Numbered from the stretch's first letter, positions 1 to 7,481 are shown. The stretch: DNA of 13,659 bases from Candidatus Thorarchaeota archaeon (GCA_004524445.1 SDNP01000049.1:1-13659), one strand, 5' to 3'. The notes: generated by a model from the letters alone, not told the origin. Program-made: numbers and translations.

Positions 1-772
1 GTTCGAAATGTTGCAATGGAACATGGATCTGTTGTGTTTCTATAATGACTCCCACATCATCGGATGCATTCACGATGTGCTCAATGGACCAGTCCCCATC
101 TTCAAGTGAGAACTCCACCCCCACTGTGATAAGTTGTGGACCCACTCTCCGAGAACTTGAGTCCGCATAATACACGGTGAGATTTTCAAATTCTACAACA
201 TCCCCGGCTAAAGTGGCTCTTGAAATGTTCTCCTCTGAGATAGGGCCAAGGTAATACCCTGCCTTAGCCTCCTCTGTCCATGCGGGATAGAATCTACGAC
301 TTGCCCAGCTGGGCGCTGGCTTTTTTCTATAATCGAAGAGCTCTCCACTCTCAGTGTAGAAGTAGGGATACTCTCGCATCTCGTCATAGCCTAGGCCTAG
401 AACGGGTGAACTGAATAGGCCATCACGTATTTCTAAATACTCCTGATTGAACCCCAATTTGAATGACTCATCAGATATGCTCTCTTTGAAACAGAAAGTT
501 AGAGTTGCATTGATGAAGCTTCCAATGACGCCGCCAGATATCATGATAGAGTTGGTGGAGCTAGGTAGCATCCCCAAGTTATTTGAAGACCCTACCGCCC
601 CCTCCGAATTTTTATTTTTGGAATGTAATCCACCATTTGACTCATGCAATACATGCCAAAAAACAGAGAGGAAGGGATTCAGAAGTAGCAAAATGAATAA
701 TACAGATACGACCTTATTGCTCTCTTGCTTGCCATATCTGGATCTTTCTACCTGCTCTTCAGTACAGTTCAT
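1..772 (-). CDS. Hypothetical membrane-anchored/secreted protein, 3' end runs off the window (>=257 aa)
   Basis: Not in the ORF track. Manual translation from ATG 772 gives MNCTEEQVERSRYGKQESNKVVSVLFILLLLNPFLSVFWHVL... with no stop down to base 1. It has an N-terminal hydrophobic helix and starts 27 bp after the stop of the co-oriented 800..1957 gene. Confidence 0.75.
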   Translation of the reverse strand, partial: MNCTEEQVERSRYGKQESNKVVSVLFILLLLNPFLSVFWHVLHESNGGLHSKNKNSEGAVGSSNNLGMLPSSTNSIMISGGVIGSFINATLTFCFKESISDESFKLGFNQEYLEIRDGLFSSPVLGLGYDEMREYPYFYTESGELFDYRKKPAPSWASRRFYPAWTEEAKAGYYLGPISEENISRATLAGDVVEFENLTVYYADSSSRRVGPQLITVGVEFSLEDGDWSIEHIVNASDDVGVIIETQQIHVPLQHFE

Positions 773-799
773 TCTACGGTTCTCATCCCCTTTTGGGTT

Positions 800-1957
800 C
801 TACTGGTAGATCTCAAAGGTGGGTACAAAGCCGGATGTTGTTCCATAATTCTTTCCAAATTCATACATATCCCAAATATGGAAATAATTTGCTGTGCTAG
901 TTAATTCATATACTGCTTCGTAATTAGTGAAATGGCCTTCTATGCTGGTATATGAGATAATGGGAACATCCAACTCCACTAGATTGTTTGGAAACCATTT
1001 CTTCTTCAAATGCACACCAACATCGAATTCAAAGGATTTGTAATTGAATTCGTTGTATATTACTTCCTTGGATTCTCCGGGTTCAAGCGAAACAGCATCA
1101 TCACTGTAGGTCTTTGCTCTATCTATATCCGGATAGGGGTACGTCAGCTCCACTGTCCCGCCTCTCAAGAGTGAACACCACCAGATTTGCTTTTCACTCA
1201 AGACACTTGCCGGACTCCCGCCAAAACGCACATACTGCACCCAGTACTCATACGTATAATCCATCATGACTTCTATTGTAAATGTCTGCCATGGTTGGGC
1301 GTAAAGGTCTGTTACCCAAGTCTTAGCATAAGTGACTTCCGAACCCTTTGAAAGGGGCCCGAAATCCAATCGCGTAACAGTATAGGTGCCTGAAGTCATT
1401 TTTAGGCGTAGATGATTTCTTAGTAGTTTTCCAGAATACAGCTCCGCTATGTTTGTCCACTGATGATCTAGTACTTCTGTATATTCCTTTTCCCACCAAT
1501 AAGTAGGAAATATCCATTCAATTGATGCATTCTGTGCTTTCTCGTTATTCATTGTCGCTACAGTCTGAAGTTTTTCCTCTTCAAACCATTTATCGAAGTC
1601 ATATATTGATCCATACATTTGACTGAGTCGAGATTCTGTTATTACCTTGGTCTTCTCAATACGGTCATCGGTTATCAATTGAAATTCCAAGCCCTTTGGA
1701 ATCCTTCTGGCTCTAACTGATGGTAGATATTCTGATGCGTTATATGCATTCACCGGTTCACAATTGCTTATTTCATTGGGATTCTGGACTGCAGCACCAA
1801 TGAGTTTTCCGTCTGCATTATAATATCTGATTGCATGTGTTGGTAGGATTGATTCTAGGTCCCCATTATTTCCTCCAGCCGCTGCAGGTTCAGGAGCAAA
1901 TATGAAAATAGTCAAGAACAGAACAGAAAAGAATACAATCCTTTTTGGCAATTTCAT
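800..1957 (-). CDS. Hypothetical secreted/surface protein (385 aa)
   Basis: Long ORF with a signal-peptide-like N-terminus (MKLPKR, hydrophobic IVFFSVLFLTIFIFA, PAAA) and a Tyr/Trp/Thr-rich body; no family recognised. Confidence 0.8.
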   Translation of the reverse strand: MKLPKRIVFFSVLFLTIFIFAPEPAAAGGNNGDLESILPTHAIRYYNADGKLIGAAVQNPNEISNCEPVNAYNASEYLPSVRARRIPKGLEFQLITDDRIEKTKVITESRLSQMYGSIYDFDKWFEEEKLQTVATMNNEKAQNASIEWIFPTYWWEKEYTEVLDHQWTNIAELYSGKLLRNHLRLKMTSGTYTVTRLDFGPLSKGSEVTYAKTWVTDLYAQPWQTFTIEVMMDYTYEYWVQYVRFGGSPASVLSEKQIWWCSLLRGGTVELTYPYPDIDRAKTYSDDAVSLEPGESKEVIYNEFNYKSFEFDVGVHLKKKWFPNNLVELDVPIISYTSIEGHFTNYEAVYELTSTANYFHIWDMYEFGKNYGTTSGFVPTFEIYQ

Positions 1958-2369
1958 TTCTTATTTCCCCTCTTACGAATTGGACATATGTCCATGAACG
2001 GGATTAGCGAATCTCTATAATAAAGCCTGACCAACTCTGTGTTCTTCAGTCTAGCAGCCATCTAACCGAATTCTGAAAGACTTTGTCACGACTAGTTATT
2101 GACTCCGCGATAATGGGAACTCAGTAGGAGAATTCTCTTAACAATCGGACAGCCACGGGCTTCAATCAAAATAGCCGTAGGTAGCTAAATTGATTCATTA
2201 TTATGCTGAAAACTACTTGCTCCCAGTTATTGGTTTATGAAAGTAGAGGCACACTAGAAGATTCCAGAGCGATTCACGAGTCATTGTCTGTAATACTAAA
2301 ATGTGAACGTTACTTTCCGCCAATGTTGCGATAATCTGAATATTAGTGAGAATCATTGGATGCGAATCC

Positions 2370-2441
2370 TGATGGGTTAGCGGTGCAACGTAGGTTGCTC
2401 CGGAAACGGAGTTTCCCTTACACTCATGTTGTTGAGCGCCC
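2370..2441 (+). repeat. Inter-cassette structured repeat, copy R1 (full length)
   Basis: tgatgggttagcggtgcaacgtaggttgctccggaaacggagtttcccttacactcatgttgttgagcgccc; aligns with copies at 6401 and 7306. Confidence 0.92.
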
Positions 2442-2555
2442 TTTCATTTCTCACATTTCAACCCATAAGGCGTGGATACAAGGCTTCTCTCGTGAATCCT
2501 TTCAGGTTACGAACAACACAGTGGGCTGTTAGAGATGCTTCTTATGCATAACAAA

Positions 2556-2583
2556 CTTAATATACTCAGTAATACAGAGTATA
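2556..2583 (+). promoter_or_regulatory. TATA-like box overlapped by a palindromic operator for TA pair 1
   Basis: cttaatata followed by the imperfect palindrome tatactc-agtaataca-gagtata (2561-2583), ending 10 bp before ATG 2594. Confidence 0.65.
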
Positions 2584-2593
2584 CAAGATAACC

Positions 2594-2899
2594 ATGGGCG
2601 ACGTATTGTCTGTGAGAATAGACAAGGACTTAGAAGGACGTCTTACCTTTCTAATGAAAGAGAGAAGAATCGTAGATAGGTCCGCATATATTAGACGGCT
2701 TATCGATCGGTCATTGACTGAGGACTTTCTTGATTACCTGTCTGAAGAAGTAGCTGCAAAACGTATCAGCATGTGGAAAGCGGCATCAATGGCTGGAATC
2801 TCTCTCAGGTCGATGATGAGCGAACTCGCGAAGCGAGGGGTATCGATGTATGATGAACAGTCCTTACGGGAGGACCTTCTTTTTGCAGAGGGAAAATGA
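2594..2899 (+). CDS. UPF0175-like antitoxin with N-terminal ribbon-helix-helix
   Basis: VLSVRID...DRSAYIRRLI is RHH-like; ISMWKAASMAGISLRSMMSELAKRGV is the UPF0175-type HTH; lies directly upstream of a PIN gene. Confidence 0.85.
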   Translation: MGDVLSVRIDKDLEGRLTFLMKERRIVDRSAYIRRLIDRSLTEDFLDYLSEEVAAKRISMWKAASMAGISLRSMMSELAKRGVSMYDEQSLREDLLFAEGK

Positions 2900-3407
2900 G
2901 CCTATTGGGATTGTAAACTCATCCCCTCTCATATACCTAGGAAAGCTGGGTCTGCTTGACTTGCTGAACAAATTCTTTCCTAAGGTGATTACAGTACAAA
3001 CAGTGAAGGAAGAGGTACTCGACGAAGCTTCTCCCGAGTATCCCGCACTCCAAAATGCGTTCTCAGATTGGCTGGCGGTATCAGATGATGTAGAAACATC
3101 ACTCTCAGTGAATCTGAAAGAAATGGGGCTCCACCAGGGGGAGGTTGATGTGATTTCTTTGGCTCTTCGACAAAAGGAAGAGCACAACAACGTGGTAGTG
3201 ATTATTGATGATCTTGCAGCCAGAGAAGTCGTTAGGGCTCTTGGAATGCAACTGACTGGGACGGTAGGCGTCATACTGCGAGCTTCAACACAAGGTATTC
3301 TCTCAAACAAGGAGTCAATCGCTAAAATCAACTTTCTGGTTGAATCGACCTCTTTCAGAATCTCTCCCTCACTGTATTCTAGAGTAATCTCCGAATTAAT
3401 GAAATAG
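2850..3407 (+). CDS. DUF3368-like PIN-domain toxin (start uncertain, possible 5' frameshift)
   Basis: Motifs IVNSSPLIYL, LHQGEVDVISLA, IIDDLAAR and GTVGVILRA are typical of DUF3368 PIN proteins paired with UPF0175. The ATG at 2896 that overlaps the antitoxin stop is out of frame. Confidence 0.85.
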   Translation: MMNSPYGRTFFLQRENEPIGIVNSSPLIYLGKLGLLDLLNKFFPKVITVQTVKEEVLDEASPEYPALQNAFSDWLAVSDDVETSLSVNLKEMGLHQGEVDVISLALRQKEEHNNVVVIIDDLAAREVVRALGMQLTGTVGVILRASTQGILSNKESIAKINFLVESTSFRISPSLYSRVISELMK

Positions 3408-3603
3408 ACGTTGGCAAATGTTATGGGACGAAACACCAGTTCTCGAGCAATGCAATATCGCCCGTTTTCTAGTTAAAATGCCCACCTTCAAAAGAATGGT
3501 ATCACTGGCTGAATTGGATACCAAGAAATAGAATGGAAACCGCCTTATTTGCAGGCCTCTGAGCACCGTTCATTGTAAGTTGGACAATCTTGGACAGAGG
3601 AGC

Positions 3604-3638
3604 GTTGCCCTCCCAGAAACGGCACTGGGTTGAACTCC
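3604..3638 (+). repeat. Degenerate, internally deleted copy of the inter-cassette repeat
   Basis: gttgccctcccagaaacgg...gttgaactcc resembles gttgctcctgaaaacgg...gttga(g/a)c; it lies between TA pair 1 and the DUF6448-like gene, where the ~1 kb spacing predicts a copy. Confidence 0.4.
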
Positions 3639-3821
3639 TTGAGGTCGGGGGATGACCTCAGATGAGAGTTCCGAAGCAGAGTATTTAAACACCACACTGA
3701 AGTCCACTCATTGTGTAAACTGTCATCCCATATATGTCTAGGTTTGTCCAAGTTTGGTGTGGCTGTTGGCACACCCTTTCAATTCTTGTTGACGTATCAA
3801 ACAAAAAGAGAGGGAATATCA

Positions 3822-4397
3822 ATGTTCGCAAAGCAAATACGTCCGCATGTGTATAGCATAGTTACTGGAGGTTTATTCACGCCGCCCCATTGTGATACAT
3901 TGGATGGGCCTGTCGTTGCAGCATGCAAGGAGGCCCTGCAAACAGAGAATGTGAATCTCATATTACCTTGGGTTCCAAAGAGTGCCGAAGATGAACTCAA
4001 AAACGCGTTCACCAAGGTGCTACACGTGAGGAACCTCGATGCGGATGCTGCAGAATTGGCAGACTATTGGTTTTTCGAAACAGCTGTTCGTATGCATCGT
4101 GAAGGAGAAGGCGCACCGTATACAGGATTGAAACCTGCGGGACTAGACTGGGGCCCTGTGGTTCCGAAAGCCGAAGAGGACATTGAAAGAGCGAACCCAG
4201 ATGCAACCATTGAGTTCCTGAAGACAACTATTGAAGAGGAGCTTACAAGACGGTTTGGAAGAGCCATGTCGAAGAAACAATACGATAGTGATGATGTTGA
4301 TGCAGCAAGAGAATATGTACAGTCAATGTTGGAATTTGTCTTATTCTCTCACCATCTTTATGAAAACGTTACTGGACACCATGCTCATGGGGAATAG
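3822..4397 (+). CDS. DUF6448-like putative metal-binding protein (HCDTLDGPVV motif); start may be 3822 (ATG) or 3879 (ACG)
   Basis: PPHCDTLDGPVV, FFETAVRMHREGEGAPYTGLKPAG and DVDAAREYV motifs recalled for this family; His-rich C-terminus HHAHGE. Confidence 0.8.
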   Translation: MFAKQIRPHVYSIVTGGLFTPPHCDTLDGPVVAACKEALQTENVNLILPWVPKSAEDELKNAFTKVLHVRNLDADAAELADYWFFETAVRMHREGEGAPYTGLKPAGLDWGPVVPKAEEDIERANPDATIEFLKTTIEEELTRRFGRAMSKKQYDSDDVDAAREYVQSMLEFVLFSHHLYENVTGHHAHGE

Positions 4398-4481
4398 CTA
4401 TTACACTCTGCTGTACTTGCTTCACCATCAGAACTCTCAGATGCAAAAGCATGAATGGCACGGGAACCAACAGGTTACGAT

Positions 4482-4540
4482 ATGAGTTATGCTGGCACAG
4501 AAGATGGAGTTTTCCCTTTCATGCGCATTGTTGAGCACCC
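4482..4540 (+). repeat. Inter-cassette repeat, copy R2 (first hairpin deleted)
   Basis: atgagttatgctggcacagaagatggagttttccctttcatgcgcattgttgagcaccc; both ends match R5, the GCAAC-N4-GTTGC hairpin is missing. Confidence 0.8.
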
Positions 4541-4648
4541 TATATTTTTCATATTTGGAGAGGATTAGGTACTAAGGTTTGCTGACTGCCTTTATCCCAC
4601 GAGTAACCTTTCTGCTTGGTGTCCACCGCACCACTGACATTGTACAAG

Positions 4649-4679
4649 TTTATATGGTGACGAGGTAACCAAGTAACTG
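4649..4679 (+). promoter_or_regulatory. TATA box plus 8-bp periodic operator repeats for TA pair 2
   Basis: tttatat (4649-4655) followed by ggtgacga ggtaacca agtaactg immediately before the antitoxin start. Confidence 0.6.
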
Positions 4680-4680
4680 G

Positions 4681-4968
4681 GTGTTGCCAGTGTCGACCGT
4701 TAAATTCGATTTGCAAGATGACTTGGAGGAGCTGCAGGCTCGGCTCTACCTTGATACTCGGAAACGACTCAGCAAGAAAGAGATCTTGGAACTGGTATTT
4801 AGAATCGGCAAGGAGAACTACGATCTTATCGTGAGAGAAGTTCAGTCCGGCGACATTCCTCTGAGCGATGAAACGATTCGAGAAATACTCTCTTTGGCCG
4901 AGGATTTAGGACCGGGTAGCGAAGACCTCTCATCAAGCGTAGACGACATTGTATATGGTGGAAGCTGA
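4681..4968 (+). CDS. Putative antitoxin (VapB-type)
   Basis: Small acidic ORF 2 bp upstream of a PIN gene; its C-terminus SEDLSSSVDDIVYG is typical of archaeal VapB tails. Confidence 0.8.
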   Translation: MLPVSTVKFDLQDDLEELQARLYLDTRKRLSKKEILELVFRIGKENYDLIVREVQSGDIPLSDETIREILSLAEDLGPGSEDLSSSVDDIVYGGS

Positions 4969-4970
4969 AG

Positions 4971-5393
4971 ATGACTGTCCTCTTAGACAGTAATGTCATC
5001 ATTGCATTACTCAATTCGCGTGACAAAAATCATTCCGCCGCTAAGAAATTACTAACGAAATTGAAGCGTCCAGAGTATGGCATGCGAATAACAATTGACT
5101 ATATCCTCGACGAGGTATTGACAACTCTGTGGATGCATACCCGCCGGAAAGACGGAGTGGAGAAGGCATACCGACTCATTAGACACACTCCCGAGTTCAT
5201 TCGCTTTAATCATGTCAAATCTGATATTTTCGACTCGGCCTGGGAAAAATGGGAAAAGGTAGCCAGCTGGCCCGAGAAACCCTTGAGCTTCACTGACTCT
5301 TGCATACTTTCTTTCATGGAAAAGCATGATATTGAGTACTTAGCAACTTTTGATTCCGACTTTGATGGACTCGTTTCTCTGGTGTTTGGTTGA
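4971..5393 (+). CDS. vapC: VapC PIN-domain ribonuclease toxin
   Basis: All four acidic positions are present: VLLDSN, ILDEV, LSFTDS, ATFDSDF. Confidence 0.93.
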   Translation: MTVLLDSNVIIALLNSRDKNHSAAKKLLTKLKRPEYGMRITIDYILDEVLTTLWMHTRRKDGVEKAYRLIRHTPEFIRFNHVKSDIFDSAWEKWEKVASWPEKPLSFTDSCILSFMEKHDIEYLATFDSDFDGLVSLVFG

Positions 5394-5455
5394 AGATAAC
5401 TCCTACTTATTCAAGTGTTCGAACGTAATCTACCTTGGCGTTCTCAGTTTTGAAA

Positions 5456-5518
5456 TGATGCAAGCAATCTAGGTTGTTTCTGAAAACGGAGTCTCCCTTT
5501 CATGTGTGCTGTTGAACT
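5456..5518 (+). repeat. Inter-cassette repeat, copy R3 (5' part shortened)
   Basis: tgatgcaagcaatctaggttgtttctgaaaacggagtctccctttcatgtgtgctgttgaact; the 3' ~36 nt are nearly identical to R5. Confidence 0.88.
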
Positions 5519-5531
5519 ATCTATCCATTCC

Positions 5532-6092
5532 TCATAGAGGATGATTCTCTTTAAATTCAATCCAATCTTCGTAGATTCCGAGTTTCTTGCACATCATCTC
5601 AATATACGCGTGATCCAAGTCCTCCTCATTTCGGACTAGAATTCCTCGTGCATCTCGGAGGTCCTGTTCTCCCTGAAAGAGTATTTTGTTGATAATGGTA
5701 TCCTCTGCGGAGCCAATGTACATCTGAACCCCTGCAAACTCCACAGAGATTCTCCTCTCAAGGGTCATTTCGTCAAACTCGGAGCTTATCCCTTGAAGGT
5801 CGAGTCTGAGCAAACCGTCCCCAACAAAGACGGTGCAATGAGTGCCCTCTCTCAGGGCATCAGCCAGGTCTTTTTTCGAAACATCGAAGTTCTCGGAATT
5901 CAGGAACGTGGTGAACTGCTCAATCTCATGGTCGTCCAGTTTGAGAATGAAGACAATATCTACTGTGGTTCGTGGCACGCCATGGTACATCACCGCAATC
6001 CCCCCGACCATGACATAGGTCATGTCATGGTCATTTAGGTAACGGCACACAAGTCGCAGCACTTCAACAAAATCATCCACTATCTCTTGCAC
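5532..6092 (-). CDS. Nucleotidyltransferase, DUF6036/MenT/AbiEii-like putative toxin
   Basis: VGGIAVMYHGVPRTTVDI N-terminal NTase motif and SAEDTIINK...QDLRDA C-terminal motif. Confidence 0.85.
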   Translation of the reverse strand: MQEIVDDFVEVLRLVCRYLNDHDMTYVMVGGIAVMYHGVPRTTVDIVFILKLDDHEIEQFTTFLNSENFDVSKKDLADALREGTHCTVFVGDGLLRLDLQGISSEFDEMTLERRISVEFAGVQMYIGSAEDTIINKILFQGEQDLRDARGILVRNEEDLDHAYIEMMCKKLGIYEDWIEFKENHPL

Positions 6093-6231
6093 CTGCGAGC
6101 TTCAAAGCTAGATTTGTCATCTTAATCCCGAGGGCCAAGGTTTCAAGACCAGTGAAACGTCTGGCTCTCTCAGCTGTGATAATTTGGTCTCTCTCACGAC
6201 GTTCTCTAGCCCTTTCCTTTAGTGACTTCAT
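6073..6231 (-). CDS. Small helical protein (52 aa), putative antitoxin of the nucleotidyltransferase
   Basis: Below the ORF-track cutoff: MKSLKERARERRERDQIITAERARRFTGLETLALGIKMTNLALKLAGARDSG*; overlaps the NTase start by 20 bp in operon arrangement. Confidence 0.65.
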   Translation of the reverse strand: MKSLKERARERRERDQIITAERARRFTGLETLALGIKMTNLALKLAGARDSG

Positions 6232-6400
6232 TCAATATCATCTATCAATCTGAATAACTCCTCATATATTCTCCTTTTTGTTGTGTTCCAAGGCCCTTCC
6301 TACGTATAGGATCAAAAATGAAGTGAAACGTCTTGGCTTTCTAATGATCACATGATATGCTTTGTGCCTTACAGAGACTAATGCGAGAGGTATAGGGCGA

Positions 6401-6472
6401 TGATGGGTTAGCGGTGCAACGTGGGTTGCTCCTGAAATGGCGTCTCCCTTCAAAATCATGCTGTGGAGGGCC
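6401..6472 (+). repeat. Inter-cassette repeat, copy R4 (full length)
   Basis: tgatgggttagcggtgcaacgtgggttgctcctgaaatggcgtctcccttcaaaatcatgctgtggagggcc; the first 32 nt differ from R1 at one position. Confidence 0.92.
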
Positions 6473-6512
6473 TCATTCGATTTTCAACTCACGCCGTATT
6501 TACTTATGCAGT

Positions 6513-6565
6513 TGTTGTATATTCTATGTACAACATAATCGCTGTGTTTATTACAATAAATACAG
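6513..6565 (+). promoter_or_regulatory. Two palindromes (putative operators) and a TATA-like box for TA pair 4
   Basis: tgttgtatat-tct-atgtacaaca (6513-6535) and ctgtgtttatt-ac-aataaatacag (6542-6565), each with one mismatch; the second contains tttatta and ends 12 bp before ATG 6578. Confidence 0.65.
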
Positions 6566-6577
6566 TAAGATAAGAAT

Positions 6578-6820
6578 ATGACGACCATTTCAATCAAGGA
6601 AGAAACACGCCGAGAGCTGTTGCGCATAGCAGGCGAGATTCAGCAGAGGACACAGGAACGAGTTGACTTTGATACGGTCATTCAGACGCTGATTGATGTC
6701 TATGAAACACAACGGCTTGATCTGGATGCTTGGTCAGAGTTCACCAGGCCGGTTGAAGGCGTAGAGTTCAAGACTGCCTATGAGGGGCTCATCCTTGAGA
6801 GGCGTAACGAGAATGAGTGA
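6578..6820 (+). CDS. Putative antitoxin (RHH-like VapB)
   Basis: MTTISIKEETRRELL...VDFDTVIQTLI is an RHH-like pattern; overlaps the downstream PIN start. Confidence 0.82.
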   Translation: MTTISIKEETRRELLRIAGEIQQRTQERVDFDTVIQTLIDVYETQRLDLDAWSEFTRPVEGVEFKTAYEGLILERRNENE

Positions 6821-7235
6821 TATACCCGAGATCTTTGTTCTCGATGGAGGGGTCTTGCTTGCCTTGGCATTGGGAGAGGCATCTGCTCAAGCTCTTGTTG
6901 GAGAGATGCCATCAGAACAAAAACAGTATGCATGCACGGAGCTGGCTCTCAGTGAACTGACCTATATTCTATGCAGACAACTTGATTGGACATCTGCTTG
7001 GGAAAAGACCCAAAGTTTGCTCCGCTCGGCAGTTGTGCGCATCATTCGGACTAGCATGGTCTGGGGAGAGGCCGCCAGCATCAAATGCCAGGTTCCAATC
7101 TCTCTCCCGGACTGTTTTACCATCGCAGCAGCAAGAATATTGAACGGGCGACCAATGTTTGCTCGCCAAGAGGCTGAGATTATATCAGCTATAGAGAAGG
7201 GATTACTGAATGATAGACTCGAATTCCTCGAATGA
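6813..7235 (+). CDS. vapC: VapC PIN-domain toxin
   Basis: Start reassigned to in-frame ATG 6813 (MSDIPEIFVLDGGVLL); motifs LALSELTYILCR and ISLPDCFTIAAA. Confidence 0.87.
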   Translation: MSDIPEIFVLDGGVLLALALGEASAQALVGEMPSEQKQYACTELALSELTYILCRQLDWTSAWEKTQSLLRSAVVRIIRTSMVWGEAASIKCQVPISLPDCFTIAAARILNGRPMFARQEAEIISAIEKGLLNDRLEFLE

Positions 7236-7305
7236 ACTGGTATGATTGCTTAGCATCTCAATATCTGCCATGTCTTGGCAGGAAGCAGAATTCTGTGCAT
7301 ACCTC

Positions 7306-7379
7306 TGATGAGTTAAGCGGGGCAACTCGGGTTGCTCCTGAAAACGGAGTTTCCCTTTCATGTGTGCTGTTGAGCACCC
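7306..7379 (+). repeat. Inter-cassette repeat, copy R5 (full length)
   Basis: tgatgagttaagcggggcaactcgggttgctcctgaaaacggagtttccctttcatgtgtgctgttgagcaccc. Confidence 0.92.
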
Positions 7380-7481
7380 AATCTCCTTTGAGTGCTGATT
7401 CTTGGATCTCCAGAAAATACATATGAAAATGGTTAGAATCAAATATGGAATGAATATTCAAACGTCAGGAAGGGCAGTAGG

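Noticed and set aside
447-809. Plus-strand 120-aa ORF
   Set aside because: Antisense shadow of the longer minus-strand ORF (772 to <1).
2370-2441. Repeat as a tRNA or tRNA-derived att site
   Set aside because: The length is tRNA-like, but there is no cloverleaf, no GTTCRA T-loop and no acceptor stem/CCA on either strand.
2864-3436. Minus-strand 190-aa ORF and the other short ORFs nested in recognised genes
   Set aside because: They overlap genes with clear family motifs and show no motifs of their own.
2503-4480. Identical 10-mer caggttacga at 2503 and 4471 as a target-site duplication
   Set aside because: A 10-bp match is expected by chance in a window of this size, and equivalent duplications are not seen around the other units.
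6151-6338. Direct repeat agtgaaacgtct(t)ggct at 6151 and 6322
   Set aside because: Only two short copies, one inside a coding region; cannot be distinguished from chance.
2370-7379. CRISPR array
   Set aside because: Repeats are ~70 bp, divergent and separated by ~1 kb gene-bearing intervals; no cas genes are present.
7306-7379. Canonical attC site
   Set aside because: The minus strand starts with GCTCAAC (RYYYAAC), but there is no complementary GTTRRRY at the other end with correct L-box spacing; kept only as integron-like by architecture.
6262-7461. Small ORFs 6262..6459, 7203..7442, 7232..7426 and 7258..7461, three of which share SGATxVAP
   Set aside because: The shared peptide arises from reading through the DNA repeat, on both strands because of the palindrome; the frame is not preserved across copies.
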